A DNA stretch of 64,000 bases from a virus. The notes beneath the pieces are model-generated. The model had not been told where the DNA came from and did no database searches. It was given only the letters and a program-made list of their open reading frames with translations. Shown in pieces: positions 1 to 10,909 of this stretch (positions within the stretch are counted from its first letter, which is position 1; every line of letters starts with the position of its first letter). The translations under genes were made by a program, and so were the position numbers. The DNA lies in IMG/VR virus record IMGVR_UViG_3300032897_000003, positions 14,930 through 78,929 of that record; one strand, 5' to 3'.

Positions 1-318
1 GAGGGTTTCCTTGGCGAGGCGGCGAAGCGGCACCGCGAAATCTTCGATGAAGTCGACATGGCGTGGAACGTGCAGCCCGAGGGGGCCGAGATCTTCCGCA
101 TGCAGAATGCGATCTACACGCGGGCTCGGCAGGTCATCACCAACCTGCAGATCAACCTGTCGCTGCGGATCCAGTTCCCCAGCGGCACAACCATCAGGCT
201 CACGATTCCAGACCTGAAGTTCGGAACCAACGGCGACCTCAACGTGCCCGGGCGCGAGCAGTTCGGCACGATGGCGTGGGCCGCGAAGTCCAATCGCTAC
301 ATCCCCAATTTCACCTAA
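1..318 (+). CDS. tail tube protein (5'-truncated by window edge)
   Basis: Frame +1 is open from base 1 (EGFLGEAAKRHREIFDEVDMAW...). It lies directly upstream of the chaperone and tape measure genes. The call is positional. Confidence 0.55.
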   Translation, partial: EGFLGEAAKRHREIFDEVDMAWNVQPEGAEIFRMQNAIYTRARQVITNLQINLSLRIQFPSGTTIRLTIPDLKFGTNGDLNVPGREQFGTMAWAAKSNRYIPNFT

Positions 319-351
319 CCCCCACCCATTCACCACGACAAGGAGGCCACC

Positions 352-735
352 ATGTCGAATCTGTCGCACCTTGAAGGGCAAGCCGCCGCGGTCATCGCGT
401 CGCTGCCTCGCACCACGTACACCATTCCCGAGTCGGCCAGGACGGCGACCGACCCGAAGACCGTCACCATTCGCCAGCTCACCAGCGGAGAGGAGGAGGC
501 GGCCCTCGTCGCCTCCAATCGGAAGGGCACGAACTTCGAGTACGAGGGAGCGAAGCGCAGCATCTACGCGATCGACGACAGGGTGTTGACCGACACCAAC
601 AACGAAAGGGAGGAGGCCTACTACGCTCTCTCGAACAAGGTGCGCGACCTCGTGATCCGAGGATTCACGAGGGTGGCCATGCCGACGAATGGCGAGGCGT
701 CGGATTTTTTAACGAGTGGCAAGACCGAAGGGTAG
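352..735 (+). CDS. tail assembly chaperone (lambda gpG-like)
   Basis: AGGAGG RBS; sits between tube and tape measure; slippery heptamer near the 3' end. Confidence 0.75.
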   Translation: MSNLSHLEGQAAAVIASLPRTTYTIPESARTATDPKTVTIRQLTSGEEEAALVASNRKGTNFEYEGAKRSIYAIDDRVLTDTNNEREEAYYALSNKVRDLVIRGFTRVAMPTNGEASDFLTSGKTEG

Positions 736-905
736 TTGAGAAACAGCTGCTCGACGGCTTGTACGACACCATAGCCTACGCTGCCCGATACGGACACCAG
801 CCCCTCAGCGAGATATTCAGCCGACCAAGGTCACAGCTCAAACGGTTCGAGGATGCCCTCAGTCGGCTGGTAGAAAAAGAGAACGCCAAGCCACCGACGG
901 AATGA
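705..905 (+). other. programmed -1 frameshift site T TTT TTA (705-711) and extension ORF (gpGT-like)
   Basis: In-frame GAT TTT TTA. The -1 frame stays open (NEWQDRRVVEKQLLDGLYDTIAYAARYGHQPLSEIF...KPPTE) to TGA 903-905, 3 nt before the tape measure ATG. Confidence 0.85.
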
Positions 906-908
906 CCG

Positions 909-2729
909 ATGTCAGAGCACACGACACAGGTTGAAGGTCTAGACTTCACGGTCAAGGACCACTCGTCGGAGCCAGCCGAAAGGATGGCCCATGCGTTCGA
1001 ACGCGTGCATCACGCTGCCGAGCACAGCATGCACACGATGGAGCGCTGGGGCCATCACTCGGCCATGGCCGGGCTTGGCGCCCTTGGTATCGGCTGGGGC
1101 TTCCACGCGATGGGGGACCGGATCAAGGAGGTCAATGAGGAGCTCGAAGAGTCCGCCCAAAAGATCGCCGGCGTGCAGTACACGTTCGGGGGCTGGCAGA
1201 AGGGCACGACCGCACAACAGAAGTGGAACGAATCGCTCGAGCACGGAGAGGAGATCGTCAAAGATCTGGAGGCATCCGAGCGGAAGCTGAAGATGGGGAG
1301 GATGGAGCTGGCCGACGTCTACAAGTCGGCGTACGCAATTGGGCAACGGCACAACCTCAACCAAGAAGAGTTGATGGAGTTGACCGAGAAGCTCGGCGCT
1401 GCTCAGCGGGTGCTCGGGGTGAACGCGGACTTTGCCGGGATGCAGATCACCCGCATGGTGATGAGCGGGAAGGTGCGAGGGTTCGACGACTTTTCGAAGC
1501 AGATGCGGTTCGCTATCGGCGACATGAAGCACTTTGCCGCTCTCAGCGAGGCGAGGAGATTCGAGAAGGTGAAGACAGCCATGGGCGATCTGCTGCCAGC
1601 CGCCATCGGGATGGGGAAGACGCTGCACGGAGCCTTTTTCGACATGCGACAGTCGATCGAAGAGGCCACACGCGATCTGTCCAAGCCGGTGTTCGAGGAG
1701 GTGACGAAGACGGTAGGGGAGTGGGCCGCCAAGCTGAACGAGGTACGGGAGAACGGGAAGTCGGTATCGGCGATCTACGGCGACAGGCTGGTGAGCGCGT
1801 TCCACTTCCTCAAAGATGCGACGGTGTTCATCGCTGACCACTGGCAGGCTATCGCCGCTGTGCTCGTCAGCAGCAAGATGGGCGCCTGGATGGAGGCCCT
1901 GTCAGGCGCGAAGCACGGTGCCGCTGCCGCAGGTGGAGCAGCGGGGGGGCTCGGCGGAGCCGTCGGCGCCATGACCATAAAGGCGGGCGTAGTGAATCTG
2001 TCGTCCGGACCAGCGTCGGCTCTATCAGAGATGACCGCGTCCCAGATCCGATCGAAGCTGCAGCCTGGCCTGGACCACACGATGTCCAAGCTGTTCGGCA
2101 TGGCCGGCAAAACCATGATGGTGACGGAAGCCCTGGGAGTTTTCTACGTCGGGCTGCAGGGGGTGGCCAAGGTCATCGACGAGCTGCAGACCAAGAGCAT
2201 CGCCACGCAAGCGGCAGCACCGAGAACGCTGGACGCCCTCACGTCTGGCGCCAAGGCAATGTCGTCGGCCATGCACGAACGGTCGGTCAAAGAGACCTTC
2301 AGCCATTTGCAGTCGGCATTCTCGGCCTATGGCCTGAAGCCAGGTCAGATGCTATCTGCGAAGACGATCGCCGATGAGCTTCGCACGCTCGAGCCCGGCC
2401 TGGCTGCAAAGCAGATCGGCATGTACGGGATCCGAGGGGCATCGGCGAAAAGCGTGCAGGGGTCGGGATTCATCGACGAAGCCGCAGGACGCATCGCAGG
2501 ACTGTTGAACAACTTTGCGTCGCAGATGCTGGCCGCCTATCCAGAGCTGGCCAAGTCTGAGTCTCACACGGCGAAGAAAGCGGACCACATCGTCAACATC
2601 GAGCACCAGTACATCACGCCGGAGTTTCGCGATCCGAACCCAGACCGCCTCTTCCACCGGATCGTCAATGAAGCTGTGCAGATGGCCAACTCGCCGTTGG
2701 GCAGCAACGCCAGAAGGGTGCCAGGCTGA
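909..2729 (+). CDS. tape measure protein
   Basis: 606 aa, Ala/Gly-rich and helical, follows the frameshifted chaperone. Confidence 0.8.
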   Translation: MSEHTTQVEGLDFTVKDHSSEPAERMAHAFERVHHAAEHSMHTMERWGHHSAMAGLGALGIGWGFHAMGDRIKEVNEELEESAQKIAGVQYTFGGWQKGTTAQQKWNESLEHGEEIVKDLEASERKLKMGRMELADVYKSAYAIGQRHNLNQEELMELTEKLGAAQRVLGVNADFAGMQITRMVMSGKVRGFDDFSKQMRFAIGDMKHFAALSEARRFEKVKTAMGDLLPAAIGMGKTLHGAFFDMRQSIEEATRDLSKPVFEEVTKTVGEWAAKLNEVRENGKSVSAIYGDRLVSAFHFLKDATVFIADHWQAIAAVLVSSKMGAWMEALSGAKHGAAAAGGAAGGLGGAVGAMTIKAGVVNLSSGPASALSEMTASQIRSKLQPGLDHTMSKLFGMAGKTMMVTEALGVFYVGLQGVAKVIDELQTKSIATQAAAPRTLDALTSGAKAMSSAMHERSVKETFSHLQSAFSAYGLKPGQMLSAKTIADELRTLEPGLAAKQIGMYGIRGASAKSVQGSGFIDEAAGRIAGLLNNFASQMLAAYPELAKSESHTAKKADHIVNIEHQYITPEFRDPNPDRLFHRIVNEAVQMANSPLGSNARRVPG

Positions 2730-3961
2730 TGGCGGACGACGAACAGGGATTGGTCGAAATCATCCCGCTCGAGGGCGACTATCCAACGATTCGGTTGACC
2801 GGGGATGCGCTGCCATTCCGCCCAGTGGAGTACCCGGGCGAGCAGCGGATAGCGACGAAATACTACCCCGGCAACCCGGTGGCTACGCAGCTGGTGGTTG
2901 GGCCGACGAAGCCGCCATCGACCTGGTCAGGGCGATGGATGGACGTCACGCTTGGCGAAGGCGGAGCCCGATCGTTGGTCCTGCAGTTCGAGCTGTTGCG
3001 AGATCTGGCTATCCCGGTTGAGGTGAGGTGGGGGGGGCGGCAGCTCAGCACAGGCGTGGACCCGGCCATCGTGCGCCGCGGTCTGATCCGCAGATTCACG
3101 CCCAAGTATCACCTCGCCCAGCACGTCGAATGGACGTGCGAGTGGGAGTGGCGTGGCGAGAGCATCCAGACGAAGGCCCCGACGTTCTCGACAGCGGTGC
3201 GTCCGAGTGATGACTTCTCGGCACTGGCGGACCAACTGCAGGAGACAGGAGATCAGACCTCATCCTGGAAGGATGTCGTGTTCGGGGCGATGAGCTCGGC
3301 TACCGGGTTCATGGGGCTGGTATCCGATGCAATCGACGACATTGGCAACTCGATCATCGATGCCATAAATACCGTAGACGCGGCCACCTCGATGCTCGCC
3401 ACCGCGGCCGAGCTGCCAAGCGAGCTGTCGGACAGGGTGCGAGCAGTCTGCATTCACACGGTCGACGTGTGCGCGAATAGCCGTGCGGCACTGGCGGACT
3501 TCTGCGGGTTGTGGCCCGGTTTGCCAGCCGTATTCGCGCCGGGATGGCAGGACACGGCCAACCAGATCGCCACCGCAGCTTTGCAAGCGAAGCTCGCCAT
3601 GTTCCCGACCGATGATCCGATCGACCGTCTGGATGGACAGACCGGAAGGGATGACCTGATTCAGTCCTGGGACCTGCTGGCTGAGCAAGCAGCGGTGGCC
3701 GCTGCGACACTTGCCAGCCGGCAGGTCCCGGACGTTATCGCGATCGTGCGACTGCCGGCGGGCTCAGACCTGCGAGACGCGGCCGTGAAATACTACGGCG
3801 ACCCCGATCTGTGGGTGCTGATCGCGGACTACAACGATCTCCCGAGCTCGGAGGTCCCTGCAACTCCCGTTGGCTTGAGCGACGATGGGGCCCCGCCGAT
3901 CTACATCCCGAGGAAGACCGACTACACCACGGCGTTGACTCAGGTTTGGGGGGACTCGTGA
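2729..3961 (+). CDS. tail tube initiator / baseplate protein with C-terminal LysM/gpX-like motif
   Basis: C-terminal DLRDAAVKYYGDPDLWVLIADYNDL; position after tape measure. Confidence 0.65.
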   Translation: MADDEQGLVEIIPLEGDYPTIRLTGDALPFRPVEYPGEQRIATKYYPGNPVATQLVVGPTKPPSTWSGRWMDVTLGEGGARSLVLQFELLRDLAIPVEVRWGGRQLSTGVDPAIVRRGLIRRFTPKYHLAQHVEWTCEWEWRGESIQTKAPTFSTAVRPSDDFSALADQLQETGDQTSSWKDVVFGAMSSATGFMGLVSDAIDDIGNSIIDAINTVDAATSMLATAAELPSELSDRVRAVCIHTVDVCANSRAALADFCGLWPGLPAVFAPGWQDTANQIATAALQAKLAMFPTDDPIDRLDGQTGRDDLIQSWDLLAEQAAVAAATLASRQVPDVIAIVRLPAGSDLRDAAVKYYGDPDLWVLIADYNDLPSSEVPATPVGLSDDGAPPIYIPRKTDYTTALTQVWGDS

Positions 3962-6114
3962 ACCAGCCACAGCCGAGGATGTATCGCCCAGCGTGGTTCG
4001 TGCGGTTGTACGTACGCCTGGAGGACTTCGGCCAGGCAGACGACTCGGACGCCCAGGACGAAGCCGTGCCGTACAAGCAAGCAGCTGTGCAGAAAGTCGT
4101 GCAGGCTGCGGTGGTAGAAGGGCAGATCGCGCAGGCAGCTGCCGGAGGCGACCGGTCGCGGGCTGCGATGATTGGGCTGCAGACCACGGCAAAGGCGCTC
4201 TGGCGCGATGCCGGCAAGGTAGCGAAGATGTCGTCTGCCGGGCCCGCCGGGAAAGGAGACGAATTCTCGATCGAGTTCGTGACGGCGCCGATGGTGCTCG
4301 ACATCGAAGACAAGGGATTCCGCGAGGCCGAGACCATGGACGTGACGGTGCCGTTTCAGGACGTGCCTCTGCATCCACTCATTGTGCGCGAGATCAGGAT
4401 CGAGGGTTGGGTGGGGACGGTCAAGCGGGAGGATTTCGCGACGCCGGAGCGATGGCATCTCGAACCGAAGATGTCGAAGACGAGCGTGTTGCGGTTCAAC
4501 GGCTACGTCGACTTGGCAGAGATGGAGTACGACGACTCGGCTGGGATGGTGCACCTCAAGTGCCGGTCCTACATAGCCGTGCTGATCGACGGCAAGATCA
4601 ACCCCCTGGCGAAGGCATACCGGATCGAGGGAGGGGAGGAGTACCTCACCAGCTACATCAACCGCATCCTGACACAGTACCCGCCGACCTCGGGAGACAC
4701 CGGCGGCTCTCCATTTCGCTGCTACTGGTACGCCAGCCCGTCAGATAAGGAGCCGAAGATCAGCAGGAAGCAGCTGTTGAGGTCGCTCCAGACGGCCAAG
4801 TCGCGGAACGCATCCGCCAACCAGTCGACCTCGAGCAATGTCAACGCGCAGCCAGATCCGACAGGGGAAGCTTCGGATGCGGCAGGCATGGGGGACGCGG
4901 CCCTAGCCGGAAACCCGATGATGCCCACCAAGGGAGTCACCGAGGACGGCATGTCGATCTGGGATCTCATCACGCAGGCCTGCGAGCTTTGCGGCGTGAT
5001 GCCCATGTACCGGCCGAGCTTGCCACCGTTCACCGGGAGCATTGGAGGCAAGGAGACGCAGATCGACCCGGCCAACTGCCTGCTCATCACGGCGCCAGAA
5101 GCGTTTCTGGACACCGTTTCGAACGCGACGCAGATCGCGGGAGGGGCCCGCGACGGTTTTCAGCGCGAGTTCTCGAACGGGTCGGCTGGCACCTTCCGCT
5201 CGGATGTTCGTTTCATGGTGTGGGGCCACCATGTCGGCAAGATGAAGCTGTCCCGTAAGATGGGGAAGCTTCGCCCCACCGGGGTAGAAGTGAGGGCGTA
5301 CAACCCCGACGCGGACGATGCCCTGCGAGTGCTCTCATCGCGGTACCCTCGCCACGTGGCCAAGAAGAAGCACGGCAAGTTCGGCCGGGCGGCCAAGAAG
5401 ATGCACGAGAAGGGGGGCGGAAAGGTCGACACCATCAAGGTGTTCGTGCTGAAGGGCATCCGCGACCAGCACGCGTTGGACATGGCCGCTGTGTCCCTCT
5501 ACCATCAGCTGACCCGTCCCGAGATCAGCATGCAGATCGAGACGGACGACCTGTCGAGCTACATCGACCCGGTGGCCAGCCAGCAGGCCGGTGTGTTGGT
5601 CGAGAATCACAACGATAACCCAGACATCCTGAGGCTGTGCGCGGGGACGCCCGTCCACGTGACGGTAGCTCGCAAGTCAACCCAGGAAGGGAATCTCGTC
5701 ATCTCGAGCCTGTCGGACTTCTACGATCTGGCCGGGAACAACATCGTCGACATCTTGCTGAAGCAAAACGATCGCTGGGGAGCCTTTCGCTCGGACGGCT
5801 CCATGGACCAGACGCGCATCGAGGAAACGGCCAGAAAGATCCAGGCGGCGTACCGGGCGGCCAAGCTGCCGTCGGTCTACTACTGCAGGCTGGTGCGATT
5901 GCACTTCGCCGCGGAGGACGAGAGCTTCCACGCTAGCATGGAGTTGACCAACTACATGCCGAGCAATGATCCGAGCCAGTTCGACGACGAGACGGAGAAA
6001 CTTAACGACGAGAGGAAGCGCCATCCGACAAGTGCGTCAGCAAAGAACGCCGCTGCAGAGAAGAAGCACACCGACGAGATCGTCACCCGTGGCGCGAAAG
6101 CGGGGATTCAATGA
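3958..6114 (+). CDS. baseplate hub protein (gpD/gp27-like)
   Basis: Probable GTG start overlapping the upstream stop; motif SIWDLITQACELCG; position before the spike. Confidence 0.6.
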   Translation: MNQPQPRMYRPAWFVRLYVRLEDFGQADDSDAQDEAVPYKQAAVQKVVQAAVVEGQIAQAAAGGDRSRAAMIGLQTTAKALWRDAGKVAKMSSAGPAGKGDEFSIEFVTAPMVLDIEDKGFREAETMDVTVPFQDVPLHPLIVREIRIEGWVGTVKREDFATPERWHLEPKMSKTSVLRFNGYVDLAEMEYDDSAGMVHLKCRSYIAVLIDGKINPLAKAYRIEGGEEYLTSYINRILTQYPPTSGDTGGSPFRCYWYASPSDKEPKISRKQLLRSLQTAKSRNASANQSTSSNVNAQPDPTGEASDAAGMGDAALAGNPMMPTKGVTEDGMSIWDLITQACELCGVMPMYRPSLPPFTGSIGGKETQIDPANCLLITAPEAFLDTVSNATQIAGGARDGFQREFSNGSAGTFRSDVRFMVWGHHVGKMKLSRKMGKLRPTGVEVRAYNPDADDALRVLSSRYPRHVAKKKHGKFGRAAKKMHEKGGGKVDTIKVFVLKGIRDQHALDMAAVSLYHQLTRPEISMQIETDDLSSYIDPVASQQAGVLVENHNDNPDILRLCAGTPVHVTVARKSTQEGNLVISSLSDFYDLAGNNIVDILLKQNDRWGAFRSDGSMDQTRIEETARKIQAAYRAAKLPSVYYCRLVRLHFAAEDESFHASMELTNYMPSNDPSQFDDETEKLNDERKRHPTSASAKNAAAEKKHTDEIVTRGAKAGIQ

Positions 6115-6884
6115 AATCGTCGCACGTGTTTGGCACGGACATCCGCACGAGCTTCGATGCCAAAACGCTTGGCAGCGCTCTGGCGGCCCCAGGGAATGAC
6201 ACCAGGTACTGGTGCAGCTTTGCGACGGTGTGCACGGTGGACCCAGAGTCGGGGAAGCCAAACTACGCCGACAAGCACGCGATCTACAACGACTCTGCCG
6301 GGGTCGATGTCGATGTCCTCCTTGAACCGCTGAAGCAGCCCTGTACCTGCAAGTACGCAGGAGAATCGGCCGGCGAGGTCACGATCTGCACGCCGATTCG
6401 GCCGGGCGATATCGTGCTCGTCGAGTGCCCAGATGGCGACCTCACGACGCCTGTCATCACCCACATCCTGCACACCCGCTCGAAGCGCCAGCCCACCGAT
6501 GGCGGAAAACCGATCTTCGATAACAACCGCCTACTCATCTTCGCCAAGTCGGTGCCCATCGACATCCGCACAGCGGGAAGCGATGGAAGTCCAGTCCAGA
6601 TCCTTGTCGAGCAGGATGGGACTGCGACCATTACCGCGAAGCGGATCAATGAGGGCGATCACTCGGTCACCGAGCAAGCCGTTCTCGGTACGAGCTACCG
6701 CAATCGAGAAAACGCGATGCTGGATGCGCTCGAGGACGGCTTGTCTGCAATGGAATCAGCCGCGCAGGGATCGAACGCTGGCTTCTTCCCTGGCCTGACG
6801 ATGTGCGAACAGGCCATTGCGACGTTCCGGAAGGCATCGACCGCGAACAATGAGGATCTCTCGAACACGGTGTATCTGAAGTGA
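6111..6884 (+). CDS. baseplate spike (gpV-like)
   Basis: OB-fold-like PIRPGDIVLVECPDGDLTTPVI, beta-rich middle, ends LSNTVYLK. Confidence 0.65.
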   Translation: MKSSHVFGTDIRTSFDAKTLGSALAAPGNDTRYWCSFATVCTVDPESGKPNYADKHAIYNDSAGVDVDVLLEPLKQPCTCKYAGESAGEVTICTPIRPGDIVLVECPDGDLTTPVITHILHTRSKRQPTDGGKPIFDNNRLLIFAKSVPIDIRTAGSDGSPVQILVEQDGTATITAKRINEGDHSVTEQAVLGTSYRNRENAMLDALEDGLSAMESAAQGSNAGFFPGLTMCEQAIATFRKASTANNEDLSNTVYLK

Positions 6885-8398
6885 ACGACTCGGTCACAGG
6901 GCGAGCGATAGGAGACGATTGCTACTCTGCCCAGCAGGCGCGGGCGGCCACGTTCAAGGCTACCGACGCCCTGACTTTCCCCGGCCTCAATAAGAGTCAG
7001 CGAGATGCGCTGATCGCACAGCTCGAACAGGACATGGATCGCTTGTTCGGCAACGCGATCATCACCCATTGTCCAGGCTGGGACACCATCACGTATGCGC
7101 CTAATGTCTCTCCCGGGTTGGACCGACCGATTCCAGCCCTGGCAATGCAGTTGACCGCGGGTGGTGTTTTCGTAGGTCTATGGGTCAAGTTTGGACCGGC
7201 GGTGACCGATTGGACGATGCTGGGTGCAGGGGGGGCGGTATCTGGAGGCATCGAACTGGTGGCCACCGCCCCCGGCGTCCCGACCTGGACCGCAAACCTT
7301 GTTACGAATCCGAGTGCCGAGGACGGCAGTAGGACAGGCCCTACTGGATGGACCGGCACAGGCGGTGACGCATACCGATTAGATGCAGCGACGGCTGCTA
7401 CAATCGGGATTGGCGGAGATCCATTGCAATACCTCAGCAGTGAATTCTCCGTTCCGCGAGGAGGCGGCTCGTGGGTCTATTGTGGCGGTCCAGGTCCAGA
7501 GGCGTATACCTGGGATTTTTGGAGCACGACGAATGTTTCGAGCTACGCTACGGCCATCGATGGCGGCTCGGTGCAGGCCGCCATCGCGGCGTGGCTGTCG
7601 TCGAGTCTTGGTCCCGGTGGAGACATTCCGTCGTGGGATGACACCGTGGCATTCATCGTGCAATTCATCGCTGCCAACCAGAGCATGGTATTGGGCTCTA
7701 CGCAGCTGGGACCCGCCGGTATGGCGCGGTCGGGAACGGGCGCCGCTGGCACTCACCAAACCACTGTCTCTGTGCCAGCGTCGACGCGATACCTAAAATT
7801 CATCCAACGCTATCTGATCAGCTCGCAAGATCAGGCTCACGGCGGTTTTTGTTTTGCCTATGCGGATCTATTGAGCTGCAAACTACAGATCCCTTCGGCC
7901 GGGCTCGACCGCAAGGTTGGCACGATCGTCACCCAGGTGGACAACGTCTCGAATCCTACGACGCTCGTGCAGAATTGGCAGAAGTACGGCACCGATCCAT
8001 CGGACTGGGAGCCGCTCAATCAGGTTGGCACCACGTCTCCAGACCTCGCGACGCCGGCCACGATTGCCGTGGACGCATACGGGCAGCTCACCCGCGGGAG
8101 CGCCAGGATCGTCATTGTTACCGGCTCCCCGCTGGTAGCAATCTCGACCGACGGGCTCAATGTCGGCGATTCAGTCGTCATCATCGCAGGCAACCCGATC
8201 CAGCTGCAGCGAAACAACGGCGCTACTCCGGGTTACGGTGATCTTCGCTTCGCACCTCTTGAGCCTGACGCCGGATTCGTCGATAGCCATTACAACGCCG
8301 ATACGACGATCGTACTCAACCAGTACGACTCGAACACGTTCCGCTATTTCGTCGATTCGTGCGGCGCCGGATTTTTTGTGCGCGTAGGAGGTCCGTGA
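6881..8398 (+). CDS. putative tail fibre/adsorption protein with carbohydrate-binding-like domain
   Basis: NLVTNPSAEDG...GWTG and VPASTRYLKF jelly-roll-like motifs; within the tail module. Confidence 0.45.
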   Translation: MNDSVTGRAIGDDCYSAQQARAATFKATDALTFPGLNKSQRDALIAQLEQDMDRLFGNAIITHCPGWDTITYAPNVSPGLDRPIPALAMQLTAGGVFVGLWVKFGPAVTDWTMLGAGGAVSGGIELVATAPGVPTWTANLVTNPSAEDGSRTGPTGWTGTGGDAYRLDAATAATIGIGGDPLQYLSSEFSVPRGGGSWVYCGGPGPEAYTWDFWSTTNVSSYATAIDGGSVQAAIAAWLSSSLGPGGDIPSWDDTVAFIVQFIAANQSMVLGSTQLGPAGMARSGTGAAGTHQTTVSVPASTRYLKFIQRYLISSQDQAHGGFCFAYADLLSCKLQIPSAGLDRKVGTIVTQVDNVSNPTTLVQNWQKYGTDPSDWEPLNQVGTTSPDLATPATIAVDAYGQLTRGSARIVIVTGSPLVAISTDGLNVGDSVVIIAGNPIQLQRNNGATPGYGDLRFAPLEPDAGFVDSHYNADTTIVLNQYDSNTFRYFVDSCGAGFFVRVGGP

Positions 8399-9987
8399 TG
8401 AGCAGGATTTCGCCCATTGCATTCTCGGTGGCATTCTTGGCGGCGACGCTGGTCCCCTTTCAGGCAGTGCAAGCCGACGACATCATAGGGACCGCGTACA
8501 TCTATCAGCAGCAGGGTTGGATTCGCTCGCCCATTGTGCCACCGCTGGAGCTGCGATTTTTTCCCAATTCTACCAGCACCAGTGTTCAAGAGGCCTGGTC
8601 AACCGCGACCTACACTGAGACGTACACCGGAACGCTCGTCTCGATATCGAGCGACGGAGTCAGGTCAACATCTACCAGTACGACGACGATCACTCTGCGC
8701 GGGCTGGACATCCGCCCGAGCTTTCTGTGTAGCGTGACGCCAGCGGCGGGGGGGTGTCCGCTGACGGACTCCAACGGAAAAATAAGCACAACCATCCTGC
8801 CCAATTTTGCCAGCGCAACGCACACGCATACTGTGACGGATGTTTCGGGCGCCGTGAGCATAAATGCCATTGAAGGCACCGGCACGGCTACAAGCACGGC
8901 AACAGACAAATTGGTGCAAGCCAATGACGATCGCATGTCAAACGCTCGTGCTCCGATAGGCAATATCGTTTGTGGTTCCGGGTTGCAATGCACGAGCGGA
9001 ACTAATACGTCTACGTCCACTTCGGTGGCTCTTTCTTCAACTCCCCAATTGACCGTCAATGGTGTGGTTGAATCCATGATGTCGTTTTCGAACAACACGA
9101 CCGGGGATTCGTCGGCGAGTAACCACGGCTTCTATCCGAAGTTGAGTGGCTCTGTGAATGACTGCGCTCGTGGCGATGGGACGTTTCGTGCCTGTACGGA
9201 CATTGGGATGCCAACAGGTTGGACCACTCTCTACCAAGAAGACTTCGTTTCGCTAAACAATCAGACCATTTCGGCCAACGGGGCAGTTACAATTGGATCT
9301 GGCAGCTATTATGTAGTCAATTACGCCAATGCCACTACATTTGCTGTGCAGCAGAACGGCAATGGGTTATATATTCGGTGGAAGGCTGCCAGCGGGAACA
9401 CTAGCACGGCCGCCGGATGGTACCTCTTACTCGGGCAGTTTTCGACTGCTATTGACAAATACAATTGGACGCGCATTCGAGCGTACTTCAATTTTCGGCC
9501 TGTACTAGAAGACAGTGGTTCATCAGAGCAAGCGTTTTTCGGTCTTGGTTTGTCAAAGGCGTCAGGTATGGCGTACAATGTTAATCGCTTGGCCGGAGGT
9601 CTCAATACTTCTCAGGCATCCCCGTCAACCCTGTTCACATTCGGTGGAGCCGGGATGCAATACGACGGTAGCACGTCGTGGTCTAGCAGTTACGGTATAG
9701 GCTATTTGTCGTACACAGTTATGCCGTCGCCGGCTTCGTTTTGCATTATGGTCCAGTTAGAGAAAGGCGGTTTGACTGCTGTGGTCTACAGGATCCCAAT
9801 GACTTGGGATGGCTCGTGGCCAGCGGATTCTGATTTGGTAGTTGCCGGGAAAGCCTACTTGGCCAATGCTCTATATGTTGACAATGCTGATACAGTCGTG
9901 CCCGCTATAGGCAGTTGGATCTACTCAGGAGGTTCGTCAGGCACTGCTGATATAGGACTCGCAAAGCTACTCGTACAGTACCAATAA
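8398..9987 (+). CDS. Ser/Thr-rich fibre-like or secreted protein
   Basis: N-terminal signal-peptide-like segment (IAFSVAFLAATLVPFQAVQA), HTHTVTDV fibre-type motif, lower-GC 3' half. Confidence 0.45.
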   Translation: MSRISPIAFSVAFLAATLVPFQAVQADDIIGTAYIYQQQGWIRSPIVPPLELRFFPNSTSTSVQEAWSTATYTETYTGTLVSISSDGVRSTSTSTTTITLRGLDIRPSFLCSVTPAAGGCPLTDSNGKISTTILPNFASATHTHTVTDVSGAVSINAIEGTGTATSTATDKLVQANDDRMSNARAPIGNIVCGSGLQCTSGTNTSTSTSVALSSTPQLTVNGVVESMMSFSNNTTGDSSASNHGFYPKLSGSVNDCARGDGTFRACTDIGMPTGWTTLYQEDFVSLNNQTISANGAVTIGSGSYYVVNYANATTFAVQQNGNGLYIRWKAASGNTSTAAGWYLLLGQFSTAIDKYNWTRIRAYFNFRPVLEDSGSSEQAFFGLGLSKASGMAYNVNRLAGGLNTSQASPSTLFTFGGAGMQYDGSTSWSSSYGIGYLSYTVMPSPASFCIMVQLEKGGLTAVVYRIPMTWDGSWPADSDLVVAGKAYLANALYVDNADTVVPAIGSWIYSGGSSGTADIGLAKLLVQYQ

Positions 9988-10007
9988 CAACAAACGAAAG
10001 GAAAATC

Positions 10008-10346
10008 ATGGTAACTCGAACCGATATCGAAAATGCACGCGCTCAGCTCGATCTATTGTACGCGGCCGTGAAGGCCGCCGTCGCCGGCAAGCCAACAGGC
10101 GCGCAGGTGGCTACTGCGCGCGCGGATTGGGGGCAGGCGAAGACCGACCTGCAAAACGCGATGAACACCCAACAGCCTGACAGCACGATCCAGACTATGG
10201 AAGCGACGATGGTCACGAAACAGAACGCATACCTCGATCTGGTGGACGCTCAGGCTGGGAGTCAGGTGAACCAGGCGCTCGCCGCTCTCACGACGGGATT
10301 CACGACCTATTACAACACGGTAGGGGCCTACACGCCTCCGACGTAA
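10008..10346 (+). CDS. hypothetical helical protein
   Basis: AAAGGA RBS, clean ORF. Confidence 0.6.
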   Translation: MVTRTDIENARAQLDLLYAAVKAAVAGKPTGAQVATARADWGQAKTDLQNAMNTQQPDSTIQTMEATMVTKQNAYLDLVDAQAGSQVNQALAALTTGFTTYYNTVGAYTPPT

Positions 10347-10495
10347 GCCACCGACCTGCAGTACCAGCAACACCTGACAACTTAGACGAGGGACACCATG
10401 AGCAATGGCCGCCAATCTGACTCTGAAGTTTCGAGCGAGATGCGGCCTGCCCATGGTGTCTGCTGCCCGGACTCTAGACTCAAGGAAGCCCTGGC

Positions 10496-10909
10496 GTGCA
10501 GATAACTTTCCAACGAAGGATGAATCGGTCGGGAATTGCGACGATCATCTTCGATGGGGACTTGAGCACGTTTCGTCGATCCAAATGGATAGACAATGGG
10601 TATTCCCTCGTCGGACTTGGTATCGGCTGGCCGACCGGCATAGTCGGGACCATCGCGATCGAGCTGTCGAATCATGGGATCGACGGTGTCCCGGGCGCTG
10701 TCTACGACGTCAACGGATCGCTCGCCATCGACCCCACGAAGCAACCCAACGGCACGGCTGGCGTGCTCATCATCAATGGCATCACGACATCGTTGGCTGC
10801 GATCTGCGTGACTTTCACGCTGGGCTCTGGCAATGATGGCGCTGGGAAGTATTTTACCGACGACTCGCACATCGATGGCCATCCTCCCACGCTGAGCATG
10901 AAGCTTTGA
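10496..10909 (+). CDS. hypothetical beta-rich protein
   Basis: ORF coupled to the downstream gene. Confidence 0.5.
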   Translation: MQITFQRRMNRSGIATIIFDGDLSTFRRSKWIDNGYSLVGLGIGWPTGIVGTIAIELSNHGIDGVPGAVYDVNGSLAIDPTKQPNGTAGVLIINGITTSLAAICVTFTLGSGNDGAGKYFTDDSHIDGHPPTLSMKL

